A stretch of DNA of 64,000 nucleotides from Escherichia coli. Lineage in GTDB: Bacteria; Pseudomonadota; Gammaproteobacteria; Enterobacterales; Enterobacteriaceae. Shown here in pieces: positions 45,409 through 59,896 of this stretch (position 1 is the stretch's first letter; each line of letters opens with the position of its first letter). Where the stretch lies: the NCBI RefSeq assembly GCF_048403405.1, contig NZ_CP183129.1. One strand, written 5' to 3'. The translations under genes were made by a program, and so were the position numbers. The notes under the pieces are model-generated. The model was not told the DNA's origin, did not search any database, and worked only from the letters and a program-made list of their open reading frames with translations.

Positions 45409-46839
45409 TTAATGAACAAAACGTCCGGCACGAGACATAAATTCTTCTTCGCTCATTTCCTGTCCGTTAAAAACAACTTTACCCGGTGTATAACGCAGTT
45501 GCAGCGAGGCGGTATTGTTGTCAATCGTGATTAACTGAAACATCTGACCTAATGTCATCATCCCGCTGATTTGTTTATCAGCCCGCTTTTGCGCTTTTTC
45601 AGCATCCATTCCTTCAGATAAATTAAGCTGTTTTGCGGTTTCTGTGACGACATTAAGCGGTAACTTCACATCAAAATTGAGCGATTTAATATCTTTGTTT
45701 GTGGATGATGAGGATTTGGCTGGGTCGGCAATACTGATATCCAGATTGGCATTTAGTTCGCCGAGTGCATTCTTCCATCTTACCGGTTGTTTAATGGTCG
45801 GCTCACTTTTTTGTAATAACGGTAAATACTCTTTGAACAATGCAGCATTCACTTCTTGCAGAGCAACTTCATCGTTTGCTAACTCAGGGTGTGCAGCAAG
45901 CTGCTTCTGCATCGCAATGTTATACTGGATGACAAATTGGCGCACCGCTGAGGGATCAATAGATTCAGCAATCAATGACCACTCACCACTACCGAGTTGC
46001 TGATTCCTTTTTGTTAACTTATCAAGTTCGTAGGTCAGATTGACATTGATATAATCTTTGTCTTTAACGCGATCCAACCTGGTTTTTGCAACGAAAGCAT
46101 CGATTTGGGCAACGTCTTCCCCGTGATTGATAATGTTAATCTGATTAAATTTCGACTCGCTTTCACCAACCGGAAATTTCTTTTCTTCTAATCGCGCCAG
46201 AGAATCAATGGTAAAACTTTTCGCCGTTACTTTGTTCATCGGTGATAATTGCAGAACAATATCTTCGACTTTGCCTTCAATATCCAGGTTAGACAATGAA
46301 CTACCATCACCATTAAAAGTAAACTGGCCCTCACCAAAAGAAAACTTTCCATACTCTGCAGGGGCAACATCTAATGTCGTAGAGAATGAGCCACCAAACG
46401 CGAATCGCAATGTCGCTTCCACGGGCGATTTATTTTTCGCGGCGATAAATAGCGGTTGTGTCAGTTCATTATTCACTAAGTTCACTTTTGCCGCTGCCAG
46501 TGCTGGGATGACATTACCATGCATTAACATTGTGATGGGCAACGGACCGTGCTCAACATCCACATCAAATACAACTTTCTGGCCTGGCTTGATATTGAGA
46601 TCGGGTGCACCGTTATCGAATGTCATTTGCATTTGAAAACGGGAATTAAAAAAGCCTTTGTCAAAATTTTGATAACTTAACGTCATATCGTAGGCATGTT
46701 CACCTTTCTTTTTAGCATCGTTAAAATCTTTAATAAATTTTTCGACACCAGGCTGAATTTGCGTACCTGTGTACCATGTGCCACCACCCCAGATTACGGC
46801 TAACGCAACAATAACACCTGTAGCTGACTTACGTATCAT
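45409..46839 (-). CDS. yihF: DUF945-family periplasmic/membrane protein
   Basis: ORF 45409-46881; likely start at MIRKSATGVIVALAVIWGGG (signal/TM). Confidence 0.75.
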   Translation of the reverse strand: MIRKSATGVIVALAVIWGGGTWYTGTQIQPGVEKFIKDFNDAKKKGEHAYDMTLSYQNFDKGFFNSRFQMQMTFDNGAPDLNIKPGQKVVFDVDVEHGPLPITMLMHGNVIPALAAAKVNLVNNELTQPLFIAAKNKSPVEATLRFAFGGSFSTTLDVAPAEYGKFSFGEGQFTFNGDGSSLSNLDIEGKVEDIVLQLSPMNKVTAKSFTIDSLARLEEKKFPVGESESKFNQINIINHGEDVAQIDAFVAKTRLDRVKDKDYINVNLTYELDKLTKRNQQLGSGEWSLIAESIDPSAVRQFVIQYNIAMQKQLAAHPELANDEVALQEVNAALFKEYLPLLQKSEPTIKQPVRWKNALGELNANLDISIADPAKSSSSTNKDIKSLNFDVKLPLNVVTETAKQLNLSEGMDAEKAQKRADKQISGMMTLGQMFQLITIDNNTASLQLRYTPGKVVFNGQEMSEEEFMSRAGRFVH

Positions 46840-46992
46840 ATAAATATTCCCTGATAAAACAGCAAAACTTTGAATATCCACTTATGCTGAAATAATGTCC
46901 AGCGGCAGGACGCATTATCAGAATGTATTTATATTTATTAAATAATAAAAAAGCCCGTGAATATTCACGGGCCTTATGTAATTCACAATGAA

Positions 46993-47619
46993 TTATTTTT
47001 TCTCGGACAGATATTTCACAGTATCAGCATACTGCTGAACAAAAACATCCATATTGCTGGTATCCATACCCTGCGGATTCAGCTGATATTTACCGTTAAC
47101 AAACATCGCCGGAACACCACGCAATTGCACGTCAGCTGCGGCTTTTTCCTGCTGAGCGACCAGAGATTTCACCACGAAGCTGTTCCACGCCGCGTCGTAC
47201 TCTTCACCTTTAATACCTGCGTTGATAAATACATCGCGGATATCAGATGCTGAACGAATGGTCTGGGTTTTCTGTACGCCTTCAAACAGCGGAACAGTGA
47301 CTTTGTCTTCCACGCCCAGTGCCATCGCCACTGCCCATGCCTGAGTCAAATCTTTGCCCAGGTCACCACCCATGAAGTTGACGTGATATTTAGTCATCTT
47401 CACGCCTTCTGGCAGTTTTTTCTTCACGTTATCAGAAATATGCAGAACTTCTTCAAACTGATAGCAGTGCGGGCAGAAGAAAGAGAAAAACTCCAGCACT
47501 TGCGGCGCGCCAGCTACCGGTTTTTCCAGGGTAGTATACTGTTTACCATCTTCATACTGCGCCGCCGATGCGCTAAACGCTAAAACTAAACCAGCCAGCG
47601 CCAGCCAAATCTTTTTCAT
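46993..47619 (-). CDS. dsbA: Periplasmic thiol:disulfide oxidoreductase DsbA
   Basis: 208-aa ORF with signal peptide and CPHC active site. Confidence 0.95.
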
Positions 47620-47635
47620 GATCTACTCTCTCCGA

Positions 47636-48622
47636 TTAATACATAGGTGTTAATTGCAAAGGGGGTTCTTGTAGAACTTTTGCCTGTTCTATAAAAGTCG
47701 CCGTCTGTCGCAGCCAGTAATCTTCCCCGGTTAACCACGGGAAATTTTTCGGGAACGCGGGATCAGCCCAACGCCGCATTAGCCAGGCAAGATAATAAAC
47801 CAAACGCATGGCGCGTAAAGGTTCAATCAGTCCGATTTCAGCGGTGTCGAACTCGCTAAATTCTTCATAAGCTTCAATAATAGTTTCCAGTTGCATCCGC
47901 TGCTCGGCTTTATCGCCATTGAGCAACATCCACAAATCCTGAACGGCTGGACCATTACGTGCATCATCCAGATCAACAAACATTGGACCATCGCGCCAGA
48001 GAATATTCCCAGCGTGGCAGTCTCCATGTAGCCGCAGAACGGTGAAATCTTCCCGCCAGTGTGCTGTAACGGCGGCGATCAGCTCATCTGTCGCTTTCAG
48101 AAATGCCGCTTTCAACCCGGAAGGTATCAGTGTAGCGTCCTCAAACAGCTTGCGAGGCTCAATGAGATATTCATTCAGACCGATGGTCGGGCGATGGATA
48201 AAAAGCTGTTTGCGCCCCGTCTGGTGCATACGCCCTAAATAACGCCCAACCGCTTCCATCTGATCGATATTATCAGCTTCGAACTGGCGACCACCGACGC
48301 TTGGAAAAACAGCGAAATAAAATCCCTGATGATTCAATAAAGTCTGACCGTTAAAGGCCACAGGTGCTGCGACCGGAACTTCATCATTTACCAACTGCAA
48401 CGCAAATTGATGTTCTTCGAGGATTTGATCGGGTGTCCAACGTTCAGGACGATAAAATTTGACGACAAAACGTCGACGATCTTCGTCCTGAAATTGATAG
48501 ACACGGTTTTCATAGCTGTTAAGCGGGGTAAGACCGGAATCCACCCGGATCCCTTGCTCAAATAGAGCATCCATGATGGTATCCGGATGTAGTGTCTGGA
48601 AAGTAAAAGCGCTGTTGTTCAT
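47636..48622 (-). CDS. srkA: Stress response Ser/Thr kinase SrkA (RdoA/YihE)
   Basis: 328-aa ORF; kinase-like HGDCHAGN motif; upstream of dsbA on same strand. Confidence 0.85.
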   Translation of the reverse strand: MNNSAFTFQTLHPDTIMDALFEQGIRVDSGLTPLNSYENRVYQFQDEDRRRFVVKFYRPERWTPDQILEEHQFALQLVNDEVPVAAPVAFNGQTLLNHQGFYFAVFPSVGGRQFEADNIDQMEAVGRYLGRMHQTGRKQLFIHRPTIGLNEYLIEPRKLFEDATLIPSGLKAAFLKATDELIAAVTAHWREDFTVLRLHGDCHAGNILWRDGPMFVDLDDARNGPAVQDLWMLLNGDKAEQRMQLETIIEAYEEFSEFDTAEIGLIEPLRAMRLVYYLAWLMRRWADPAFPKNFPWLTGEDYWLRQTATFIEQAKVLQEPPLQLTPMY

Positions 48623-48698
48623 CCCATCATCCGGAAAACATTACGAATGATGAAGGATATCATTTCACGATGATTTTGGTGGCGCCGCTTACAAGCTT

Positions 48699-48968
48699 TT
48701 ACTCTTTAATTACGCCGCGAGCGCGTAACAGCGCCGTTTTGAAGTCTTCTTCATAATCTTTCTGCAAACCCGGGATCACCGCATCTTTCGCGGAATCACG
48801 CATTTTCAGGTGATAGATCAGAATGTCATCCGTCAAATCCGCCAGTTCGCCGTCAAAACCTGACTCTTTCGCCAGTTTCTGCAAAAATTGCAGCAGGTTA
48901 AGGTCTGGCTCTTTTTGCCAGGCTGGCTGGAGGAGTTCAATAACTTCATTCAGACGTTTACATTTCAT
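48699..48968 (-). CDS. yihD: Small protein YihD
   Basis: ORF 48699-48998; probable start [14 protein letters not shown] about 89 aa. Confidence 0.75.
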
Positions 48969-49037
48969 AGTAATGCTCCTTACTCTTGAGACAGACACGT
49001 TAGCAGGGTCAATCCCACAATAAAAGAGGCGATATCG

Positions 49038-49622
49038 GTGAATCTGATGACGACGATAACAGGCGTTGTGCTGGCGGGCGGTAAAGCCAGACGAATGGGC
49101 GGCGTAGATAAAGGATTGCTGGAATTAAATGGCAAACCGCTGTGGCAACATGTCGCTGACGCGCTTATGACGCAGCTCTCTCACGTCGTGGTTAATGCTA
49201 ATCGTCATCAGGAAATCTATCAGGCAAGCGGTCTGAAAGTGATTGAAGATTCACTGGCGGATTACCCAGGCCCTCTGGCAGGAATGCTTTCAGTAATGCA
49301 GCAGGAAGCTGGTGAGTGGTTTTTGTTTTGTCCGTGCGATACGCCTTACATTCCCCCAGATTTAGCCGCCCGGCTTAATCATCAGCGCAAAGATGCGCCT
49401 GTCGTGTGGGTCCATGACGGTGAACGCGATCACCCGACTATTGCTCTGGTAAACCGCGCTATTGAGCCTTTATTACTGGAATATCTGCAAGCAGGAGAAC
49501 GCCGGGTAATGGCATTTATGCGTCTGGCTGGCGGTCATGCGGTTGATTTCAGCGATCATAAAGATGCATTTGTTAACGTGAATACGCCAGAGGAGCTTGC
49601 CCGATGGCAGGAAAAACGATGA
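49038..49622 (+). CDS. mobA: Molybdenum cofactor guanylyltransferase
   Basis: 194-aa ORF with [11 protein letters not shown] motif. Confidence 0.9.
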
Positions 49623-50131
49623 TACCGTTACTCGCCTTTGCCGCGTGGAGTGGTACCGGAAAAACTACGCTTTTGAAAAAACTGATCCCGGCATTATGCG
49701 CCAGAGGGATCCGTCCAGGGCTGATTAAGCATACGCACCATGATATGGATGTTGATAAGCCAGGCAAAGATAGCTATGAGCTGCGCAAGGCTGGCGCGGC
49801 ACAAACCATCGTTGCCAGCCAGCAACGATGGGCCTTGATGACGGAAACACCAGACGAAGAAGAGCTGGATCTACAGTTTCTCGCAAGTCGAATGGATACC
49901 TCAAAGCTGGATTTGATTCTGGTCGAAGGGTTTAAGCATGAAGAGATCGCAAAGATTGTGCTGTTTCGCGATAGAGCCGGACATCGACCTGAAGAATTAG
50001 TGATAGACAGGCATGTTATTGCTGTAGCCAGTGATGTGCCGCTTAATCTTGATGTCGCATTACTGGATATTAATGATGTTGAGGGGCTGGCTGATTTTGT
50101 GGTGGAGTGGATGCAAAAGCAGAACGGATAA
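49604..50131 (+). CDS. mobB: Molybdopterin-guanine dinucleotide biosynthesis adapter protein MobB
   Basis: 175-aa ORF with P-loop GTGKTT; overlaps mobA 3' end. Confidence 0.85.
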   Translation: MAGKTMIPLLAFAAWSGTGKTTLLKKLIPALCARGIRPGLIKHTHHDMDVDKPGKDSYELRKAGAAQTIVASQQRWALMTETPDEEELDLQFLASRMDTSKLDLILVEGFKHEEIAKIVLFRDRAGHRPEELVIDRHVIAVASDVPLNLDVALLDINDVEGLADFVVEWMQKQNG

Positions 50132-50189
50132 GCAAGAGTAGGCTGGATAAGACGCGCCAGCGTCGCATCCGGCATTTTTTTTGCACCAA

Positions 50190-50222
50190 CGCAAAAAGGC
50201 CATCCTGACGGATGGCCTTTCG
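50190..50222 (-). terminator. rrnA operon terminator (bidirectional hairpin GGCCATCC-GTCA-GGATGGCC)
   Basis: Perfect hairpin followed by T-run on the rRNA strand, immediately 3' of 5S rRNA. Confidence 0.75.
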
Positions 50223-50231
50223 CTTAATTTG

Positions 50232-50351
50232 ATGCCTGGCAGTTCCCTACTCTCGCATGGGGAGACCCCACACTACCATCGGCGCTACGGCGTTTCACTT
50301 CTGAGTTCGGCATGGGGTCAGGTGGGACCACCGCGCTAAGGCCGCCAGGCA
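50232..50351 (-). rRNA. rrfA: 5S ribosomal RNA
   Basis: Reverse complement matches E. coli 5S rRNA (UGCCUGGCGGCC...CUGCCAGGCAU) over 120 nt. Confidence 0.95.
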
Positions 50352-50445
50352 AATTCTGTTTTATTAACCCGCTTGTCGCCGGTTAATTTAATCTGTATCA
50401 GGCTGAAAATCTTCTCTCAATCCGCCAAAACAGCTTCGGCGTTGT

Positions 50446-53349
<2,904 letters not shown>

Positions 53350-53532
53350 TCACAACCCGAAGATGTTTCTTTCGATTCATCATCGTGTTGCGAAAATTTG
53401 AGAGACTCACGAACAACTTTCATTGTTCAGTGTTTCAATTTTCAGCTTGATCCAGATTTTTAAAGAGCAAAACTTCGCAGTGAACCTTTGCAGGTACACT
53501 CTGAAGTATTTTTTATTTAATCACTACAGAGA

Positions 53533-53608
53533 TGGTGGAGCTATGCGGGATCGAACCGCAGACCTCCTGCGTGCAAAGCAGGCGCTCTCCCAGCTGAGCT
53601 ATAGCCCC
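53533..53608 (-). tRNA. alaT: tRNA-Ala (UGC)
   Basis: Reverse complement GGGGCTATAGCTCAGCTGGGAGAGCGCCTGCTTTGCACGCAGGAGGTCTGCGGTTCGATCCCGCATAGCTCCACCA. Confidence 0.95.
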
Positions 53609-53650
53609 ATAACATGTAGTTAAAACCTCTTCAAATTTGCGGTGCAAATT

Positions 53651-53727
<77 letters not shown>

Positions 53728-53795
53728 GTAGAGGTTTTACTGCTCATTTTCATCAGACAATCTGTGTGAGCACTGCAAAGCACAGTTCTTTAAGG

Positions 53796-55337
<1,542 letters not shown>

Positions 55338-55461
55338 AAAAGTTTGATGCTCAAAGAATTAAACTTCGTAATGAATTACGTGTTCACTCTTGAGACTTGG
55401 TATTCATTTATCGTCTTGCGACGTTAAGAATCCGTATCTTCGAGTGCCCACACAGATTATC

Positions 55462-55481
55462 TGATAAATTGTTAAAGAGCA
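55462..55481 (-). promoter_or_regulatory. rrn leader boxA antitermination element (TGCTCTTTAACAATTTATCA)
   Basis: Exact boxA-type sequence on the rRNA strand between P2 and the 16S 5' end. Confidence 0.75.
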
Positions 55482-55518
55482 GTGCCGCTTCGCTTTTTCT
55501 CAGCGGCGCGGGGTGTGC

Positions 55519-55546
55519 ATAATACGCTTTCCCGCTACAGAGTCAA
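55519..55546 (-). promoter_or_regulatory. rrnA P2 promoter (-35 TTGACT, -10 TATTAT)
   Basis: Hexamers with about 16-bp spacing read on the minus strand. Confidence 0.75.
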
Positions 55547-55637
55547 GCATTTTTTTTGCTTTTCCCTGTTGAGATTCTCAGGAGAACCCCGCTGACCCGG
55601 CGGCGTGTTTGCCGTTGTTCCGTGTCAGTGGTGGCGC

Positions 55638-55665
55638 ATTATAGGGAGTTATTCCGGCCTGACAA
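55638..55665 (-). promoter_or_regulatory. rrnA P1 promoter (-35 TTGTCA, -10 TATAAT, GCGC discriminator)
   Basis: Classic rrn P1 architecture TTGTCAGGCCGGAATAACTCCCTATAATGCGCCACCACTG on the minus strand. Confidence 0.8.
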
Positions 55666-55714
55666 GAGGAAATTTAAAATAATTTTCTGACCGCGCATTT
55701 TTTATTCTTTATGC

Positions 55715-56260
55715 TTATTTCAGCGTCGGTTTGTCGGTTAAATGGGCGATTTCTCGGGCGAAATTCGCCACCTGCTCCCAATCGGTATAGACAACTTCTT
55801 TGCGCGTATCCGTTTCACCGCCTGACATCTTCATAATTAACTTGATCATAAAACGGTCATACCAGCGATAACGTGGGTAACGCAGCGCCCCGGCAATGAC
55901 CGCGCAGCGATCGGGACGCCATTGTGAACTCATCAGAAACTTCCGCGCGTAGCTGTTGGTCTGTGGAGTACGCTTCTCAGGTTTACGCGCCACCAGGTTT
56001 ACGGAGTAAAAGGCGCTCGGCATCGAATTCAGCCGCGTCGCATGCTTTTTGACAAATTCCTGGAACGCAGAGTGGTAGTGACCATAGCGAATAGAAGCAC
56101 CAATGACCACACGGTCGTAGTTTTCCCACTGTGGTTCTTCAATGCGGTGCACATTGGCGACATCCGCCTGGATCCCCAGTTCTTTCAGTTCCGAAGCCAG
56201 GTAGGAGGCAATCTCGCGCGTTTGTCCGTCCCTTGTTGAGAAAAGAATTAATGTTTTCAC
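55715..56260 (-). CDS. hemG: Protoporphyrinogen IX dehydrogenase (menaquinone), flavodoxin-like
   Basis: 181-aa [21 protein letters not shown]... flavodoxin fold signature. Confidence 0.9.
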   Translation of the reverse strand: MKTLILFSTRDGQTREIASYLASELKELGIQADVANVHRIEEPQWENYDRVVIGASIRYGHYHSAFQEFVKKHATRLNSMPSAFYSVNLVARKPEKRTPQTNSYARKFLMSSQWRPDRCAVIAGALRYPRYRWYDRFMIKLIMKMSGGETDTRKEVVYTDWEQVANFAREIAHLTDKPTLK

Positions 56261-56271
56261 GTATTACTCCA

Positions 56272-57723
56272 TCATTCACGCCAGAAAGTCGGGGTAAAGA
56301 GCACCAGCAATGTAAAGACCTCAAGACGACCAAACAGCATGTTGGCAATCAGGATCCATTTAGCCACCGGGTTCATACTGGTAAAGTTATCAGCAACCAC
56401 GCCAAGCCCTGGCCCCAGGTTATTCAATGTCGCAACAACTGAGGCAAAGGCAGAAAAGTCATCCACGCCCGTGGCGATAATCGCCAGCATACTGACAATA
56501 AACACCAATGCATAGGCGGAGAAAAATCCCCAAACGGCTTCGAGGATACGTTCCGGCAGTGCGCGATTCCCCAGCTTAATGCTATAGACGGCGTTCGGAT
56601 GCACCAGTCGTTTCAGCTCACGGTTCCCCTGCTTAAACAGCAGCAGGATGCGGATCACTTTCAGGCCACCGCCCGTTGACCCGGCACAACCGCCGATAAA
56701 AGCTGAACATAAGAGCAGTACCGGCAAAAAGAGCGGCCAGCGGGCAATGCTGTCAGTCGTAAACCCGGCGGTTGTCGCCATCGACACCACCTGGAAAAAC
56801 GCCTGGTTAATTGTCATCAGCGCCGAACTATAGACATTATGAAACCACAGCACGAGGGTACAAATAATCACCAGCGTAAACTGTACGCCGATAAACATGC
56901 GAAATTCCGGATCGCGCCAATAAACCTTCAGACTACGCCCACTTAACAGCGAAAAGTGCAGACCGTAGTTACATCCGGAGATCAACAGGAAGATAGCAAT
57001 GATAGTGTTAATTGTCGGGCTGTCGAAATAACCGATACTGGCATCATGTGTCGAGAAGCCGCCAATAGCGATAGTCGCAAAGCTATGGCCGATGGCATCA
57101 AAGGCATCCATTCCGGCAAACCACAACGCCAGCGCACAGGCGACGGTCAGCAAGACATAAATCAACCACAGGGTTTTCGCCGTTTCCGCAATTCGCGGGC
57201 GCATTTTGTTATCTTTCAGCGGGCCGGGCATTTCTGCGCGATAGAGCTGCATCCCACCCACGCCGAGGATAGGCAGTATCGCAACCGCCAACACGATGAT
57301 CCCCATCCCGCCAAACCATTGCAGCATCTGGCGATAAAAGAGGATGGCGTGAGGGAGCGAATCCAGCCCCACCAGCGTAGTGGCCCCCGTGGTGGTCAGG
57401 CCAGAGAAAGATTCAAAAAACGCATCGGTAATCGTGAGGTTCGGGCTTTCCGAGAAGATAAAAGGGAGCGCACCGACGCTACCCAGCACGGTCCAGAACA
57501 GCACCACTATCAGAAACCCCTCACGGGATTTCAGTTCGCCCTTCTCTTTGCGGTTCGGCCACCACAGCATAGAGCCAATGGCGAGGGCGACAAAAAAGGT
57601 CTGGGTAAAAGCGCGGCCCGCTCCATCCCGGTAGATGAGTGCTACCAGCCCAGGGATAATCATGGTCCCTGAAAATAAGATGACCAGTAGTCCAACGATT
57701 CGGGTAATGGCGCGAAAATGCAT
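56272..57723 (-). CDS. trkH: Trk system potassium uptake protein TrkH
   Basis: 483-aa polytopic membrane ORF. Confidence 0.9.
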   Translation of the reverse strand: MHFRAITRIVGLLVILFSGTMIIPGLVALIYRDGAGRAFTQTFFVALAIGSMLWWPNRKEKGELKSREGFLIVVLFWTVLGSVGALPFIFSESPNLTITDAFFESFSGLTTTGATTLVGLDSLPHAILFYRQMLQWFGGMGIIVLAVAILPILGVGGMQLYRAEMPGPLKDNKMRPRIAETAKTLWLIYVLLTVACALALWFAGMDAFDAIGHSFATIAIGGFSTHDASIGYFDSPTINTIIAIFLLISGCNYGLHFSLLSGRSLKVYWRDPEFRMFIGVQFTLVIICTLVLWFHNVYSSALMTINQAFFQVVSMATTAGFTTDSIARWPLFLPVLLLCSAFIGGCAGSTGGGLKVIRILLLFKQGNRELKRLVHPNAVYSIKLGNRALPERILEAVWGFFSAYALVFIVSMLAIIATGVDDFSAFASVVATLNNLGPGLGVVADNFTSMNPVAKWILIANMLFGRLEVFTLLVLFTPTFWRE

Positions 57724-57761
57724 CTCTGCCGCTTCCTTAGTTCTGCAAAACGAAGTGGGGA

Positions 57762-58376
57762 TTATTCTTCAATCGCTAACAATTGCAATGAACCACGGCT
57801 AAAATCCGCCAGCTTTGCGGAAAATTCAGCCACTTTCGCCGCCGGAAGCGCCACCCGCAGCAGAACGAATGCCTGATAATCACTGTTGATAATTTTGCCG
57901 TCACACTGCCCCAGCAACGCTTCAATGCCGGTTAACTGACTATATTCACATTGCAAAGTATATTCGGTTAATGGCGTCTTGCGTTGGGTCGTTAGCTGGC
58001 GCAGCGCCTGATTCACTCCGCCGCCATACGCTTTCACTAACCCACCGGTACCAAGCAATATGCCGCCGTAGTAGCGCACCACCACAGCGGTAATTTCCCC
58101 GACGCCGCTGCCCATTAGTTGGGCGAGCATCGGTTTACCGGCCGTTCCCGCCGGTTCCCCGTCGTCAGAGAAACCGAGCTGTTGAGAATCATCCGGCGCA
58201 CCCGCCACCCACGCCACGCAATGGTGGCGGGCATCGGGGTGTTCTGCCCGCACCGATTCAACAAACGCTTTCGCCGCCTCAACGCCATCGGTATGCGCCA
58301 ACATCGTTATGAAGCGGCTCTTTTTGATCTCTTCAACGACCGTGACTGGTGCCGCAGGAATTAACCAGCTTTCCAT
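57762..58376 (-). CDS. yigZ: IMPACT-family protein YigZ
   Basis: About 204-aa ORF immediately downstream of pepQ with overlapping start/stop. Confidence 0.8.
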   Translation of the reverse strand: MESWLIPAAPVTVVEEIKKSRFITMLAHTDGVEAAKAFVESVRAEHPDARHHCVAWVAGAPDDSQQLGFSDDGEPAGTAGKPMLAQLMGSGVGEITAVVVRYYGGILLGTGGLVKAYGGGVNQALRQLTTQRKTPLTEYTLQCEYSQLTGIEALLGQCDGKIINSDYQAFVLLRVALPAAKVAEFSAKLADFSRGSLQLLAIEE

Positions 58377-59707
58377 CACGCCAGTTTCAGATCCCGGGTC
58401 ATGTTTTCCACGTTGTTTTCGTGGATCACCACGTTGTCTTCGATACGAATGCCGCCGAACGGTTTCAGTGCTTCAATTTTCTGCCAGTTAAAGTGTTTAC
58501 TGAACTGCCCTTCACGCCACGGTGCCAGTAGCGATTCGATGAAGTAGATACCCGGCTCGATGGTTAACACCATGCCCGGCTGGAGAATACGGGTGCAGCG
58601 CAGGTACGGATATTTTGCCGGTGCCGCGAGGTGTGTACCGCTATCATCCTGCATAAAACCGGCGACGTCATGCACCTGCAGGCCCAGCGGATGACCGATA
58701 CCGTGCGGCATAAACGGTCCGGTGAGATCGTTTTCGACCATCGCTTCTTCACTCATATCGGTGATAATTTGATGTTTACGCAGCAATTTGGCGATGCGCT
58801 GATGGAACTGGATGTGGTAATCCACATAGCTGACGCCAGCTTTCATGGTGGCGATCAGCGCAAGTTGTTCATCATTTACGTCGTTCACCAGCTGTGCGTA
58901 GTCGTTGTCGCTTTTTGCCGACCAGGTACGGGTCAGGTCAGCCGCATAGCCGTTATATTCGGCCCCGGCATCCAGCAGGAAGCTGCGCATCTCTTCCGGT
59001 GCCTGGTGGTCCAGTTTGGTGTAATGCAGCACCGCAGCGTGTTCGTTAAGCGCCACAATGTTGCTGTAAGGTACGTCGGTATCACGATGACCGGTCGCGG
59101 TCAGATAGGCAATATTGATATCAAACTCGCTCATGCCAGAACGGAACGCTTCTTCTGCCGCGCGATGACCGTTGACCGCCATTTTCTGCGCTTCACGCAT
59201 ACAGGCCAGTTCGTACTCGGTTTTGAAGGAGCGGTAGTAATGCAGGTAGTCGATCACCCCTTTCGGGTTGATATTGCTGGCCTCAATACCCAGTTGCAGC
59301 GCACGCTCCGGCACCGGACCGATATAACCGATATTCCCGCGCGCAGCAGGCAGCAGGCTACCAATGCCATCGGCTTTCGGCAGCGCGATCACTTCTACAT
59401 CTTCAGTCCAGAAGGAGGTCGGCAGCGGTTCGACGTTGTGCCAGTAATCAACCGGCAGATAAAACCACAGTTTCGGCTTGTTCACGCCATCCACCAACAG
59501 CCAGCAGTTTGGCACCTGAGTTACCGGCACCCACGCTTTGAATTGCGGATTCACTTTAAACGGATAGGGATGATCGTCGAGAAAAACGTTGAACAGTTCG
59601 CCGGAGTGAATAAGTAACGCATCCAGCTTGAAGCGCGCCAGCGCATCGCGAGTCCGTTCTTGTAAGGTAGCTATATGATTTTTATAGAGTGAGGCCAGTG
59701 ATTCCAT
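58376..59707 (-). CDS. pepQ: Xaa-Pro dipeptidase (prolidase)
   Basis: 443-aa ORF, M24 metallopeptidase motifs ([13 protein letters not shown]). Confidence 0.9.
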   Translation of the reverse strand: MESLASLYKNHIATLQERTRDALARFKLDALLIHSGELFNVFLDDHPYPFKVNPQFKAWVPVTQVPNCWLLVDGVNKPKLWFYLPVDYWHNVEPLPTSFWTEDVEVIALPKADGIGSLLPAARGNIGYIGPVPERALQLGIEASNINPKGVIDYLHYYRSFKTEYELACMREAQKMAVNGHRAAEEAFRSGMSEFDINIAYLTATGHRDTDVPYSNIVALNEHAAVLHYTKLDHQAPEEMRSFLLDAGAEYNGYAADLTRTWSAKSDNDYAQLVNDVNDEQLALIATMKAGVSYVDYHIQFHQRIAKLLRKHQIITDMSEEAMVENDLTGPFMPHGIGHPLGLQVHDVAGFMQDDSGTHLAAPAKYPYLRCTRILQPGMVLTIEPGIYFIESLLAPWREGQFSKHFNWQKIEALKPFGGIRIEDNVVIHENNVENMTRDLKLA

Positions 59708-59854
59708 TTTTTACCCTTCTGTTTTTTTGACCTTAAGTCTCCGCATCTTAGCACATCGTTCATCCAGAGCGTGATTTCTGCCGAGCGTGATCAGATCGGC
59801 ATTTCTTTAATCTTTTATTTGCATATTTTTAACACAAAATACACACTTCGATGC

Positions 59855-59873
59855 ATCTGGTACGACCAGATCA
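59855..59873. promoter_or_regulatory. FadR operator in fadBA promoter (ATCTGGTACGACCAGAT)
   Basis: Palindromic CTGGT-N3-ACCAG core matching the FadR consensus, about 25 bp upstream of fadB start. Confidence 0.7.
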
Positions 59874-59896
59874 CCTTGCGGATTCAGGAGACTGAC

